Part shown: positions 20,373 to 31,065 of the stretch, in pieces
Layout of the letters: the number at the start of each line of letters is the position of its first letter
Position numbering within the stretch: position 1 is the stretch's first letter
Assembly: GCA_036676495.1 (NCBI GenBank)
Contig: JAKFCT010000091.1
Location: 1-64,000, forward strand
Length of the DNA: 64,000 bases
From: Candidatus Sericytochromatia bacterium
GTDB taxonomy: Bacteria; Cyanobacteriota; Sericytochromatia; S15B-MN24; UBA4093
Direction of reading: 5' to 3'
The notes under the pieces: generated by a model
Database searches by the model: none
What the model was told of the DNA's origin: nothing
What the model saw: only the letters and a program-made list of their open reading frames with translations
Program-made: the position numbers and the translations under genes

Positions 20373-21284
20373 CTACGGCTTCTCGCCCGCGCCTTCCAGC
20401 CAGCGTAGCGGGCGGGTGATGAGATCGATCACGTCCAGCGTGACCGCGAACGGCAACGCCACGGCGCCCGCCACCTGGCCGACGGGGTTCTTGCCGTTGG
20501 CCAGGTTGGCGGCTCCCTGGGTGTTGCCGAAGAGCGGCCCGGATGTCCCGGCGGCCTTCGAACCGGAACCCGGCGATCCGGAACCCGGCGATCCGGAAGC
20601 CGGCGAACCCTGCGGGCGCGGCGCGGGAGGGTTGAGCGCGTACTCGACCTGCCGCACGCGCGACTCGAAATCGAAGAGCTTGCTGCTGGAATCCGTGCGA
20701 TTGCCGAAGTCCAGGGCCTGGAAGTCGAACCAGGCCGCGTTCATGAGTTCATCGGCGGCCTTGGCGCGCGCCAGCTCCTGCTTGGCTCCGACCAGCCACT
20801 CGGCCTTGCCCGCCTTGTCGGCCGGAGGCGCGGGGTAGGCCGCTAGATCGTCGATCAGCTGCCGAGCCGGCGGCAGGATCGCCTGGAAGAACTCCGTCTT
20901 CACCGCCCCGTCCTTGTCCAGCTTGGCGATGCGCCCCTGGGCGTCCCAGAGCTGGTGCCGGAGGTCGCCGTACGTTTCGGCATCCACCCGATCCTCGCCG
21001 CGAGACTTCTGTAGCACGCGCATGGTGCTCTCGGCCTTGAGGAGACGGCTGTAAGCATCCATCAGCCAAGGCGTCATGTCCGTGCCCTTCTTGGGCTTGG
21101 GAGGGAAACGCAGGGCCTCCTGGATGATCCGGACGCCGTCGGTGCCGGGCGCGGCCCCCTGGGTCGTGAGGCGATCGCCCCCCAGGACGGGCTTGGCCGC
21201 CGTATCGGCCGGGCTCTTGGCCGCGGCTTTGGCCTGGGGGCGAGGCGAGGGGACGGGGGAGGCGGAAATGCGAACGTCAGGCAT
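20373..21284 (-). CDS. Hypothetical protein with internal duplication and Gly/Ser/Pro linker
   Basis: GAGGAG RBS; two similar helical units (FPPKPKKGTDMTPWLMDAYSRL and YPAPPADKAGKAEWLVGAKQEL); 15-bp repeat x3 at 20563-20607. Confidence 0.7.
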   Translation of the reverse strand: MPDVRISASPVPSPRPQAKAAAKSPADTAAKPVLGGDRLTTQGAAPGTDGVRIIQEALRFPPKPKKGTDMTPWLMDAYSRLLKAESTMRVLQKSRGEDRVDAETYGDLRHQLWDAQGRIAKLDKDGAVKTEFFQAILPPARQLIDDLAAYPAPPADKAGKAEWLVGAKQELARAKAADELMNAAWFDFQALDFGNRTDSSSKLFDFESRVRQVEYALNPPAPRPQGSPASGSPGSGSPGSGSKAAGTSGPLFGNTQGAANLANGKNPVGQVAGAVALPFAVTLDVIDLITRPLRWLEGAGEKP

Positions 21285-21360
21285 GGTCGTGCTCCTCTGC
21301 GCCCCGTTGATGGGAAGGGGGGCTTTCGTTATTGTTCCCAGGAAGCGAGGGTTTATCCCG

Positions 21361-22641
21361 TCAGAGGAACTCGACCCGGACCTTGCCGGCAGGGATCTCC
21401 CAGGTGCGCCCGAGGGCGTCGATCCGCGCCTCGAACTCCCCGGCGTTGAGGAGGATCAGGGCCTGCTCCGCCGCGGACTCGCGGACGAAGGCCAGCGTGC
21501 GCGAGCGGTTATGGGCATGCACCCAGCGCAGGCTGCCCGTGCTGAGGACGGCATGATCCTTGCGCAGCCGGATGTAGCGCTTGAAGGTGGCGTGGAGGCG
21601 CTGGTCCCAGGTCTCGGGTTCCCAGCGCATGGGGGCGCGGGACTGGTGGGCGTTTTGGCCGCGCATGCCGATCTCGTCCCCGTAGTAGATCATGGGCGTG
21701 CCCGGCAGGGTGAACATGAGGGCGATCGCCATCTCCATCGCCCCCTTCCGATGGCCGATCTGCGAGTAGAAGCGCGACGTGTCGTGGTTGCCCAGGAAGT
21801 TCCAGGACTGGACGGTGCCGTGCCAGGGGTAGGTCTCGGGCACGATGGAGAGCCGCCGTGCCAGGCTTTCGGCGGCGAGATCCTGCGCGAAGAAGGCTTC
21901 CAGGGGCTTGCGGAACATGAAATTGGTGACCCCGTCGTAGAGCCCCTGCGAAAGCGCCCCGCCGCAGTGCTCCCATTCCTCCCCGATCAGGAGCCCGTCG
22001 AAGCGATCGCGCAGCCGCCTCAGGAAGCGCTCGGGCAGGAGATGCGAGGCGTCCAGCCTCCAGGCGTCGACCCCGGGCCAGTAGGAGACCACCTCCGAGA
22101 GCGCCGAGACGACCTCCTCGCGGTCGAGATCGAGCTTGGGCATCACTCCCCAGTCCATCCAGGTCTCGGGCTTTCCGTTGCGCTTGAGGCAGTAGTGCGT
22201 GCCGGCGTGATCGCGGTACCACGGGTGATCGAAGGAGGTGTGGTTGAAGACCCCGTCCAGGATCAGCTTCAACCCCGCCTCGCGGAGGTCTCGCAAAAGC
22301 AGGTCGTAGTCCTCCCGGGTGCCCAGGTGGGGGTCGATCCGGAAGTGGTCGTCGGTGTCGTACTTGTGGGTGCTCTTGGAGGCGAAGATGGGGTTGAGGT
22401 AGACGGCCGTCACGCCCAGGTCGAGCAGGTAGGGGATCTTCTGGCGGATGCCCGCGAGATCTCCTCCGAAGAAGGTGTGCTGGTGTCCGGAGTCGCTGGT
22501 CAGCCGCCTGGGATCCGTCGACCGGCGCACGGGCTTGCCCATCCAGGTCTCCGCTCCCGGCTGGACGTCGTTGGAGGGATCCCCGTTGCAGAAGCGATCG
22601 GGGAGGATCTGGTAGATGATCTCGTCGGGCCAGCGCAGCAT
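21361..22641 (-). CDS. GH13 alpha-amylase family (neopullulanase/cyclomaltodextrinase-like)
   Basis: YQILPDRF, GGDLAGI, HKYDT, LDGVFNH, AWRLDA (nucleophile), GEEW (acid/base), LGNHD, YYGDEIG. Confidence 0.93.
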   Translation of the reverse strand: MLRWPDEIIYQILPDRFCNGDPSNDVQPGAETWMGKPVRRSTDPRRLTSDSGHQHTFFGGDLAGIRQKIPYLLDLGVTAVYLNPIFASKSTHKYDTDDHFRIDPHLGTREDYDLLLRDLREAGLKLILDGVFNHTSFDHPWYRDHAGTHYCLKRNGKPETWMDWGVMPKLDLDREEVVSALSEVVSYWPGVDAWRLDASHLLPERFLRRLRDRFDGLLIGEEWEHCGGALSQGLYDGVTNFMFRKPLEAFFAQDLAAESLARRLSIVPETYPWHGTVQSWNFLGNHDTSRFYSQIGHRKGAMEMAIALMFTLPGTPMIYYGDEIGMRGQNAHQSRAPMRWEPETWDQRLHATFKRYIRLRKDHAVLSTGSLRWVHAHNRSRTLAFVRESAAEQALILLNAGEFEARIDALGRTWEIPAGKVRVEFL

Positions 22642-22836
22642 GCCTTCAGCATAGCTCCCCTTCGACCGTCCGGCCACCATGCCCGTGACAGGGGCGCTTC
22701 GGCCTTATGGCTGTGATAACGATCTCTTGTCAGGGATGCGAAAGTACAGTATTACCATTTAACGTAAACGGTGCTGGACCGCATGGTCCAGTTCCTCGAA
22801 CTTAGCCCCGCAATGTTGTACGGAGGAAGTTACACA

Positions 22837-23352
22837 ATGCAGAAGATCCTGACCGGCCTCGCCGTCGGCGCCGCCCTCGTCATGGGCCTCCAGGCGAATG
22901 CCGATGCTCAGATGCGGACCTCGAAGCCCGCTGCGACCCAGACCGTCTACTCGTCCGAGACCGCGCCTGCCAACAACATGCTCGGCATCGGCTACAAGCT
23001 CGGCAACGGCATCGGCCTCACCGGCGCCGACCTGATCGTCAACCCGATCTCCAACCTCTCGCTCGACCTCCAGATTGCCACCATGGAGGGCGTCCTCGGC
23101 TTCGCCCCCGCGCTCCAGTATCACCTGGACCCCGCCGGCGGCCCCTACGTGGGTCTCGGCTACCAGCGCGCCAGCGCCACCGTCGAGGGTCAGACGACCG
23201 CGGCGAACGGCGTCTTCGGCAACGTGGGCTGGCAGTGGAAGCCCCTCACGAACCTGGGCGTCCAGTTCGGCGTCGGCTACCAGAAGCTGATCGACGGGAC
23301 CCAGGACGGCGGCCTGAACTTCGAGTTCGGCACCCGTTACTTCTTCCTCTAA
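22837..23352 (+). CDS. Small outer-membrane beta-barrel protein
   Basis: GGAGG RBS; signal peptide; amphipathic strands; aromatic C-terminus GTRYFFL. Confidence 0.7.
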   Translation: MQKILTGLAVGAALVMGLQANADAQMRTSKPAATQTVYSSETAPANNMLGIGYKLGNGIGLTGADLIVNPISNLSLDLQIATMEGVLGFAPALQYHLDPAGGPYVGLGYQRASATVEGQTTAANGVFGNVGWQWKPLTNLGVQFGVGYQKLIDGTQDGGLNFEFGTRYFFL

Positions 23353-23377
23353 TCCTCGGCCGCTTCGCTCGGAAGCC

Positions 23378-23415
23378 AAAGGGAAGGCGCCGCGACCGCG
23401 GCGCCTTCCCTTTTT
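23378..23415. terminator. Bidirectional intrinsic terminator
   Basis: AAAGGGAAGGCGCCGCG-ac-CGCGGCGCCTTCCCTTTTT between convergent genes. Confidence 0.85.
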
Positions 23416-24668
23416 CACGGCGCGGGGCGTTTCTCGAGGCGCGCCTCGGCGTCCGAAAGGGTCGCCTCCGGAGACTTCTCCCCGTGCAGCATGGCGCCCA
23501 GCTCCTCCTGAAGGATCGCGGAGAGTTCCGGGTAATCCGGGGACATGGGGCGGGGTCGCGCCCGGAGGGCCTGCGGGTACAGGACGGCCATCAAGGGAGC
23601 CTTCTGCCGGATCTCGGGATCCCGGTAACTCGCATGGCGGGTCGGCAGGCGCCCGGATTCCAGCGCCATGTAGGCCTGGGACTCCGGACTCGTCAGGAAG
23701 GAGATGAGCGTCCAGGCCTCCCGGGGATGCCGCGTGCCGGCGGCCATCATGAGGTTCCAGCCCCCCAGGGTCGGGCTGGAGGGATGCCCCTCGAAGCCCG
23801 GAATCGGCGCCACGCCCACCTGGTCCTTGACGGCGCTCGACGGCCCCTGGGCGATCGCCCAGACGTACGGCCAGTTCCGAAGGAACGCCGCCTCCCCGTT
23901 CACGAAGGCGATCCGGCCCGTCTCCTCCCATGCCGAACGCACCTGCCGCGGACTGGCCGTTCCCGGCAACTCCGCAAGCCAGCGCAAGGCCCTCAACGTC
24001 TCCAAAGACCCCAGATCCACCTGGGCGTTCGCGTCGAGAACCCGTCCACCAGCCCCTCGGATGGCTTCCATGGCGTTGCAAACCAGTCCTTCCGAGGGCG
24101 CCCCCTGCCAGAGGTAGCCTCCGATGCCCTCGGCATGCGCGATCTGCCGGGCCTGGTGCGCGAGCTCCGGAAGCGTGCGCGGCGGCTGGAAGCCATGCTT
24201 GGCCAGCAGGTCCTTGCGGTAGAAGAGCACTCCGACATCGGTGAAGAAGGGCACGCCCCAGGTCTTCCCGCGCCAGGTGACGGATTCCAGGGGCGGGGCG
24301 AGGAACTTCGCGCGCTCGGTCTCGGGGAACTGAGCGTCCAGCGGCCGGATCCAGCCGCGCTCCGCGAACTCGGCGGTCCAGATCACGTCCCCTCCCAGCA
24401 CGTCGACTCCCGCCGCGCTGCCGGCTCCTAGCGTCGCCGAGTAGTAGCGGTGCTGGAAGTCGGTCTGGGGGGCGAGCGTCTCGATCTGGACGCGGATCAC
24501 GGGGTTGCGGGCCTCGAAGCGGTCGGCGAGCGTGCGGAAGGCCTCGATCGAGCCGGGGTCTCCCCCCACGGTCCAGCGGAGAGTGACCGTGCGGTTGAAC
24601 GAGCAGCCAGCCGCCGCCAGCATGGTCGAGAGGATCGCGAGCAGGAAGAGGCGGGGCGTGCGGCTCAT
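23415..24668 (-). CDS. Sugar-type ABC substrate-binding lipoprotein (family 1)
   Basis: Lipobox AAGC; DVIWTAEFAERGW, PFFTDVGVLFYRKDLL, EGLVCN, FLRNWPY, LGGWNL, RPRP. Confidence 0.92.
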   Translation of the reverse strand: MSRTPRLFLLAILSTMLAAAGCSFNRTVTLRWTVGGDPGSIEAFRTLADRFEARNPVIRVQIETLAPQTDFQHRYYSATLGAGSAAGVDVLGGDVIWTAEFAERGWIRPLDAQFPETERAKFLAPPLESVTWRGKTWGVPFFTDVGVLFYRKDLLAKHGFQPPRTLPELAHQARQIAHAEGIGGYLWQGAPSEGLVCNAMEAIRGAGGRVLDANAQVDLGSLETLRALRWLAELPGTASPRQVRSAWEETGRIAFVNGEAAFLRNWPYVWAIAQGPSSAVKDQVGVAPIPGFEGHPSSPTLGGWNLMMAAGTRHPREAWTLISFLTSPESQAYMALESGRLPTRHASYRDPEIRQKAPLMAVLYPQALRARPRPMSPDYPELSAILQEELGAMLHGEKSPEATLSDAEARLEKRPAP

Positions 24669-26494
24669 GCGTCGGCCTCCCGGCGACCGTAGCGGACCTT
24701 GAGGACCAGCAGGGTGACGTCGTCCTCCTGGGGGCGATCGCCCGTGAAGTCCTTGAAGGCCTGGATCAGGCCGTCGCGGATGGTGATGGCGTCGCCGTCC
24801 CCCAGTTCCGTGAGGGTCTCATACAAGCGCTCGGCCCCGAACTCGGCGCCCAGGGCATCCGTGGCTTCCACGATCCCGTCGGTGTAGAGCAAGAGGACGT
24901 CTCCCGCCTCCAGGGCAAAGCGCTTCGAGTGGTAGTGGGTGTCGTAGCGCACTCCCAAGGGGTAGCTGGGGGCGAGGTCGAGCTCGGTGACCTCGCCTTG
25001 CCGCAGCAGCAGCGGCAGGTGGTGGCCGGCGCTGGCGACCTCGAGCTCCATGCGCGCGGGGTCGACGACGCCGTAGAGGAAGGTCATGAAGCGGCGGTCC
25101 TTGACCGAGCTGAAGAAGATCCGGTTGAGCACGCCCATGACCCGTTCGACTCCGGGATCGGAGAGCACCTGGGTATGCAGGCAGCTCTTGGCGAGGCTCA
25201 TCATGAGGGCCGAGGAGATGCCGTGGCCGTTGACGTCGCCCAGGGCGATCGCGAGGCGATCGCCTTCCAGCATGAGCTGGTCGAAGTAGTCCCCGCCCAC
25301 GTGCTCGGCGGGCAGCGAGATGCCCGAGAGCACGATGCCTCCGCTGCGGTGCTCGTCGGTGTTCGACGGGAGCATGGACTGCTGGATGTGGTGGGCGACC
25401 TTCAGCTCCTGCTCCATGCGCTCCTGCTCGATCCGGCGCTCGCGGCTGGCCGCCAGCTCGCGGGTCATCTGGTTGAAGGAGTCGGCGAGGATCTCGAACT
25501 CGTCGTCGGTTTCGAGTTGAATCCGGGTGCTGAGATCGCCCATGCCGATCCGGCGGGCTCCGCGGATCAGCTGGCTGAAGACGGAGGCGAGGTGGCGGGT
25601 GGTGACGAGGGCGAAGGCCATGGCGACGAGGGCGGCGGCCAGGCCGATGCCCACGATGGCGGCCAGCAGGGTCACGACCACGCGCTGGAGGTCCCAGGCA
25701 TGGCGGCTGACGAGGACGCTGCCGACCTGTCTGCCGAGCAGATCGTAGAGGGGCACGCTCAGGGTGAAGGTCGCGTGCTTGGCGAGCGTGACCGGGGTCG
25801 TGCGGTAGGGGAGGAGGCTCAGGCGGCTGCCGGCCCAGCCCTCGATGCTCGAGAGGTAGAGCGTGTCGTGGGCGGCGAAGGAGACCTCGTGTCCCAGCTC
25901 TTGCTTGAGCTGCTTGAGATCGGCGAGGTCCAGGGGCGTGCCGGCGTAGAGGGTGCCGCGTCCCCGGGGGCCATCGATGGGGACGGCGGCCTGGAGCCAG
26001 AGCGTGCCCTTGCGCCAGGCGATGTCGACGCCGGCTTCGCCCAGCTGGGCCCGCTCGACCAGGGCCTCCCAGCCCGGATGGAGGGTGCCGCGCGCGAGGA
26101 TCTCTCCGGTGGCGGAGGCCACGCGCAGTTCGGGGATGTCTCCGAGGTGGCGGGTGAGGGCTTCCGCGATGGCCGGCTCGGCTTGCGAGGGCGGCAGCGC
26201 GAGCTTGGCGGCGAGTTCCGAGTGCCCGAGGAAGAGCTGGAGCTTCGCCAGCAGTTCGGTCTTTCGGTTCGAGAAGGTCTGCTGGACGTAGGCCGAGGCG
26301 AGGCCGAGCTGGCGCTCCTCATGCTGGGTGAGGGCCTGGGTCGTGAGCCAAGAGACGGCCACGATCACGAGGGCGATGGGAACGACCACGAGCAGGAGGG
26401 AGACGCGGGTCAGCTTCCTGCGGATCTTGGGCGCGTAGTCCGAGGCATCGGTTCCGAGGGGCATGGTCGGCGAAGGGAGGCGGGGCGTGGCCAA
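24665..26494 (-). CDS. Membrane PP2C/SpoIIE (RsbU-like) phosphatase with extracytoplasmic sensor and HAMP
   Basis: VGGDYFD, GDVNGHG, FMTFLYG, AGH, LYTDGIVEA, EDDVTLL; two TM segments. Confidence 0.93.
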   Translation of the reverse strand: MATPRLPSPTMPLGTDASDYAPKIRRKLTRVSLLLVVVPIALVIVAVSWLTTQALTQHEERQLGLASAYVQQTFSNRKTELLAKLQLFLGHSELAAKLALPPSQAEPAIAEALTRHLGDIPELRVASATGEILARGTLHPGWEALVERAQLGEAGVDIAWRKGTLWLQAAVPIDGPRGRGTLYAGTPLDLADLKQLKQELGHEVSFAAHDTLYLSSIEGWAGSRLSLLPYRTTPVTLAKHATFTLSVPLYDLLGRQVGSVLVSRHAWDLQRVVVTLLAAIVGIGLAAALVAMAFALVTTRHLASVFSQLIRGARRIGMGDLSTRIQLETDDEFEILADSFNQMTRELAASRERRIEQERMEQELKVAHHIQQSMLPSNTDEHRSGGIVLSGISLPAEHVGGDYFDQLMLEGDRLAIALGDVNGHGISSALMMSLAKSCLHTQVLSDPGVERVMGVLNRIFFSSVKDRRFMTFLYGVVDPARMELEVASAGHHLPLLLRQGEVTELDLAPSYPLGVRYDTHYHSKRFALEAGDVLLLYTDGIVEATDALGAEFGAERLYETLTELGDGDAITIRDGLIQAFKDFTGDRPQEDDVTLLVLKVRYGRREADA

Positions 26495-26577
26495 GCAGAA
26501 GTCCTCTGATCCAGGAACCGGACAGCCTCAGTATACCCGGAGTCGGCGGTCGGCAAGCGCTCGCTGAGGATGAAAAG

Positions 26578-26607
26578 ACGGGGAGGTGCCGCGGCACCTC
26601 CCCGTTT
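26578..26607. terminator. Intrinsic terminator downstream of the minus-strand MCP
   Basis: ACGGGGAGGTGCC-gc-GGCACCTCCCCGT with AAAAG on the left and TT on the right. Confidence 0.75.
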
Positions 26608-26614
26608 CGGGGGG

Positions 26615-28657
26615 CTAGCGACCGAGCAGCTTCGGGGCGGCGCTGGCGGGAATCGTCCGCGCGGCCTCCGCGTCGGCCTTGAAGAAGGCGATGGCGGCTT
26701 GCAGTACGTCGGCCTGCTCGCGCAGGGATCCCGACATGCGGTTGAGGTTTTCCACGGCGTGGACCACCTGGTCGGCGCCCTTCCGCTGCTCGGAGGTCGC
26801 GGTGCTCACCTGCTGGGTCATCTGGTTCATGGACGCGATGGCCTGGACGATCTGCTCGGAGCCCTTGGCCTGTTCGCGGGTGGCGGCCATGACCTCCTGG
26901 GTCAGGCGGTTCATGGAGTGGACCGCCTCGGAGATCTGGGAAGCGGCCCGGCTCTGCTCCTGGGTGGCCTGACCGATCTGGGCGCCGATGACCAGGCTTT
27001 GCTCGGCGGCTTGAACGATCTCGCGGATGGCGCCCCCGGCGCCGCTGGCGAGCTGGGTGCCCGCGGCGATGGCGGCTTCCCCTTCCCGGGTGCTCGATAC
27101 GGCCTGTTCGGTCTCCTTCTGAATGCCCTTGATGAGCGTGGCGATTTCCCCGGTGGCCTTGGCGGAGCGCTCGGCGAGCTTCCTCACTTCATCTGCGACC
27201 ACCGCGAAGCCCCTTCCGTGCTCGCCGGCGCGGGCCGCTTCGATCGCCGCGTTCAGAGCCAGGAGGTTGGTTTGCTCCGCGATGTCGTCAATCACCGCGA
27301 TGATGGCGCCGATTTCCTCCGAGGACCGGCCCAGGTGCTGGATGACGGTGACGACGTCGGTCATGACGCCGTTGATCCGCTGCATGCCGGCGATGGTCTC
27401 ATCCACCGCCTTGCTGCCCTGCATGGCGGCGCTCTGGGTCTTGTAGATGCTCTCGCTGGCCGAGACGACGTTGGTGGCGACCTGCTGGATGCTGGCGACC
27501 ATCTCCTCGATGCTGGCGGAGGTCTGGCTGACGGCGGCGCCGAGGGTCTCGGCGTTGCCGGCGACTTGCCGGATGCTGGCGGCCATTTCCGCGAGGGTGC
27601 TGGAGGTTTCCTCGACCGAGGCGGCCAGGGACTGGGTATTGCCCGAGACCTGGGTGATGGAGGCGGCCATCTCCTCCATGGAGCTGGAGGTTTCCTCGAT
27701 GGCCTCGTTGGAGCGCTCGGCGGCGCCGGAGACCTCGAACGAGGCGCTGCGGACCTGGGAGACGATGTCCCGCAGGCTGGTCACCATCCCGGAGACGGAG
27801 ACGCCGAACTGATCGCGGGGACTCTTGGGGGTGATGTTCCGGCTCAGGTCGCCCTTGGCGAGGGCATCGGCGACTCCGGCCACCTCCTTGAGGTAGGCGA
27901 GCATGGTCTCGAAGGAGCGGGCCATGTCGGCGAGCTCGTCGTCGCCCCGGGTGTCGAGGTCCTGGTCGAGTTCGCCGGCGGAGATCCGGAGGGCGGCGTG
28001 CTTCATGCGAAGCAGCGGGGCCACGATGCTGCGGATCAGCCCCATGGCGATGAGGATGCCCGCCACGAGCGAGAGCGCCATGAAGCTGAGGGCCATGACG
28101 AGGGTGAAGTTTGCCATCCGGGTGGAGTCTTCGTAGCGCTGCTTGGCGATCGCCGTGATGGCGTCATGCACCTGGGTGATGGCCTCTTCGGCTTCGAGGA
28201 AGCGATCGCGCCCCTCGCGCTCCATCATCCAGGCCGCCTCGACGCTGCCGCGGCTGGCCTTGACCATCCCCGCCGTGATCACGACGTCCATGAAGGCCTC
28301 GGACTTGCGGTTGAAGTCCTCGAGGGAAACCTTGCCCTCCTTGAAGAGCGCCGTCTTGGCCGTTTTCTCCTTGAGCGCGGCGAAGTCCTGGAGGTCGCCC
28401 TCGAGGGTCTTCTGGATCGCCTTCTCCTTTTCGGGGGTGGGGGCGGCGATGAAGCGCATGGCGCCCACGCGCAGGTTGTGCATCTGGGCGAGCAGGAGGG
28501 CGCTCTGGTCGATGGCGTCGAGATCCTTGGTGTAGGTGTCTGCCAGCAGGGTTTGCATGCCGCGGATCTGCGTCAGGCCCCCGATGCTGAGGCCCACCAG
28601 GATCAGGGTCATCAGGGCGAAGCCGGTAATGATACGGGTTTTGACCGTTAACCTCAT
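26615..28657 (-). CDS. Methyl-accepting chemotaxis protein (four-helix-bundle-type sensor)
   Basis: MCP signature, two TM segments, two HAMP-like segments, helical periplasmic domain. Confidence 0.95.
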   Translation of the reverse strand: MRLTVKTRIITGFALMTLILVGLSIGGLTQIRGMQTLLADTYTKDLDAIDQSALLLAQMHNLRVGAMRFIAAPTPEKEKAIQKTLEGDLQDFAALKEKTAKTALFKEGKVSLEDFNRKSEAFMDVVITAGMVKASRGSVEAAWMMEREGRDRFLEAEEAITQVHDAITAIAKQRYEDSTRMANFTLVMALSFMALSLVAGILIAMGLIRSIVAPLLRMKHAALRISAGELDQDLDTRGDDELADMARSFETMLAYLKEVAGVADALAKGDLSRNITPKSPRDQFGVSVSGMVTSLRDIVSQVRSASFEVSGAAERSNEAIEETSSSMEEMAASITQVSGNTQSLAASVEETSSTLAEMAASIRQVAGNAETLGAAVSQTSASIEEMVASIQQVATNVVSASESIYKTQSAAMQGSKAVDETIAGMQRINGVMTDVVTVIQHLGRSSEEIGAIIAVIDDIAEQTNLLALNAAIEAARAGEHGRGFAVVADEVRKLAERSAKATGEIATLIKGIQKETEQAVSSTREGEAAIAAGTQLASGAGGAIREIVQAAEQSLVIGAQIGQATQEQSRAASQISEAVHSMNRLTQEVMAATREQAKGSEQIVQAIASMNQMTQQVSTATSEQRKGADQVVHAVENLNRMSGSLREQADVLQAAIAFFKADAEAARTIPASAAPKLLGR

Positions 28658-28678
28658 GGAAGTCTCCTCGATCTCAGC

Positions 28679-29671
28679 TTAGAGTTCCAGCTGCCATGCC
28701 ACGATGGCGAGCGCGTTGCGGGAGGGAGTCTGGCCGACCATGGTCTGGTTGATGAGGTTGAGGGCCAGCTTCGAGTTGCCGGTGTAGAACCAGTTCACGC
28801 CGAGCGTCACGTCCTGCTGCTTGCCGTACTGGCTCTGGTCGGCATCCCATTCCTCGACGCGCAGGACCGTGTTCAGCGAGGGGTTGAAGCGCCAGAGCGC
28901 CTGGCCGTACCATCCCAGCTTGGCGGTCGTGCCGTCCGTGCCGGCGAGCGCTTCGGCGGAGAGCGCCAGGGGGTCGAAATCGATCGCGGCGTTGGCGCCA
29001 ATCCGCTCCGCGAAGGTCTCCGCCGTGCCGCGCACGCCTCTCAGGTAGGAAGCGCCCAGTTTGAGGTTGGAGAAGGCGTAGTCGAGGCGTGCCGCGACGT
29101 CCTTCGGCTCGTTGGTCTCGCGCTGGTTGGTGGTCTGGCCGTTGAAGACCCCCAGGGTGGTCGTCAGGCCCGGCAGGGCGGGGCCGCTCACCTCGAGCCC
29201 GAGGTCCCGGTAGAAGCCGAAGGAGTTGCCCTCCAGGAAGAGCGCCCGGCGAGCCAGGGGAATCGTCGCGACCGGAGCGAGGCCTTCCACGGAGACGGGA
29301 GGCCGGAACTGGCCCATCCGCACCTTCCACCCGCCGTCCAGCTTGGCCGTCAGGAAGGCGTCCTCCAGGAGCCGGTTGTCTCCGTTGTTCGAGACGGCGT
29401 AAGGCGAGGAGGCGCCGGTGACGGTCGGAAGGGACAGGTACTTGGCGGGGTTGAAGAGCACCGAGTAGGAGAGCTGGGGAGTGACGGTTCCGTTGACGTA
29501 AAGGAAGACGCGGCGCACGGTGAAGGCGTCCGGGGCGCTTTCGTTGACGGTGTACCAGCTTTGGACGACACCCCGCACCTTGGGGGCTTCCGCCTGGGCG
29601 AGGGCCGGCGCCTGGAGCACGGTGATGGCGGCGAGGGCCGCAAGGGCGACGGCAGAGGAGGTGGGCTGCAC
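28679..29671 (-). CDS. Porin (OprO/OprP-like)
   Basis: Signal peptide; FTVRRVFL, LEDAFL, GQFRPP...EGL, RDLGL, GVFNG, TLGVNW; GTG 29671 after AAAGGA. Confidence 0.8.
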   Translation of the reverse strand: MQPTSSAVALAALAAITVLQAPALAQAEAPKVRGVVQSWYTVNESAPDAFTVRRVFLYVNGTVTPQLSYSVLFNPAKYLSLPTVTGASSPYAVSNNGDNRLLEDAFLTAKLDGGWKVRMGQFRPPVSVEGLAPVATIPLARRALFLEGNSFGFYRDLGLEVSGPALPGLTTTLGVFNGQTTNQRETNEPKDVAARLDYAFSNLKLGASYLRGVRGTAETFAERIGANAAIDFDPLALSAEALAGTDGTTAKLGWYGQALWRFNPSLNTVLRVEEWDADQSQYGKQQDVTLGVNWFYTGNSKLALNLINQTMVGQTPSRNALAIVAWQLEL

Positions 29672-29904
29672 GTAAGGATTCCTTTCGTCGTGAGGGAGGG
29701 CAAAGGCTCGATTACTCTTTACCCGCACGGCCAAGCGATTTTACGTTAAGGATTGCGTGTCGATGGTGTCATATCGTGGATTTTGCCGTTTTTGGTTCGC
29801 GAAAACCAAGGGCTGCGCGTCTTGCTCGGGAGGGCGCTCGCGGGCCGGTGCATGGGATCCGGTATGATGTCCGGAGGTATGCTCGCTTCTACGAAGGAGG
29901 CCCG

Positions 29905-31005
29905 ATGCGATCGCGATCGAAGGCGTTTTTCCTCGCGCTGGCCGTGCTGACCGGCGGGACGCAGTCCGCCGCCGAGACCCTGCCGCATCCCATCACCCTG
30001 CCGAAGGGATTCCGCCTCTCCGTCTACGCGAGCGGCCTGGAGGGAGTCCGCATGATGGCCTTGTCCCCGCAGGGCGATCTCACGGTCACGCAGCCCCGCG
30101 CGGGGAAGGTGCTGCTCCTGCCCGACCGGAACCGGGACGGCAAGCCCGATCGGACGTTGGTCTTCGCCCAGGATCTCAGCCGCCCTCATGGTCTCGCCTG
30201 GCGCGAGGGCGATCTCTACGTCGCCGAGACCGGCGCCGTGGTGAAGCTCCAGGACCGCGACGGAGATGGGGTCGCCGAGACCAAGCAAACCCTCACCCGG
30301 GATCTCCCGGACGGCGGCATGCACTGGACCCGCACGCTGGGCTTCGGGCCGGACGGCCACATGTTCGTCTCGGTCGGCTCCACATGTAACGTCTGCATCG
30401 AGGAGGATCGCCGCCGTGCGACGATCCTGCGCTTCAAGGCGGACGGCTCGGACATGACGATCTACGCGCGGGGCCTTCGCAACGCGGTGGGGTTTGCCTG
30501 GCATCCCCAGACCGGCCAGCTCTGGGCCACCGACAACGGGCGGGATCGCCTGGGGAACGACACCCCTCCGGATGAATTGAACCTCGTCAAGTTCGGGAGC
30601 CATTACGGCTGGCCTTACTGCTATGGCGATCGCCGGACGGACCCCGCCCACGACGAGGCCGACTTCTGCGCCCGGACCGAGCCCATGGCCCTCGGCTTCC
30701 AGGCCCACTCCGCTCCGCTCGGCATCGCGTTCTACACCGGCAAGCAGTTCCCGGCCGATTACCAGGGAGACGCCTTCGTGGCCTTCCACGGCTCCTGGAA
30801 CCGCAACCCGCCCACCGGCTACAAGGTCGTCCGGGTTCGCTTCGAGAACGGGAAACCCACGCGTAGCGAGGACTTCGCGACCGGCTGGCTGCGCGGACGG
30901 TCGGACTGGGGGCGTCCGGTGGACGTGCTGGTCGCCCCGGACGGCGCCCTCTTCGTCACGGACGACGCCGGGGGCCGGATCTACCGGATCACCTACCGGA
31001 AGTAG
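29905..31005 (+). CDS. PQQ-dependent sugar / sorbosone dehydrogenase family beta-propeller
   Basis: HWTRTL, SVGSTCNVC, GLRNAVG, DNGRDRLG, YGWPYC, AHSAPLG, HGSWNR, GRPVDV. Confidence 0.9.
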   Translation: MRSRSKAFFLALAVLTGGTQSAAETLPHPITLPKGFRLSVYASGLEGVRMMALSPQGDLTVTQPRAGKVLLLPDRNRDGKPDRTLVFAQDLSRPHGLAWREGDLYVAETGAVVKLQDRDGDGVAETKQTLTRDLPDGGMHWTRTLGFGPDGHMFVSVGSTCNVCIEEDRRRATILRFKADGSDMTIYARGLRNAVGFAWHPQTGQLWATDNGRDRLGNDTPPDELNLVKFGSHYGWPYCYGDRRTDPAHDEADFCARTEPMALGFQAHSAPLGIAFYTGKQFPADYQGDAFVAFHGSWNRNPPTGYKVVRVRFENGKPTRSEDFATGWLRGRSDWGRPVDVLVAPDGALFVTDDAGGRIYRITYRK

Positions 31006-31065
31006 CCATCCTCGACGTGGGCGTCCATGTCCAGCCGGCAGGCGCTTGTCGCTAGTCGCAAGCGC

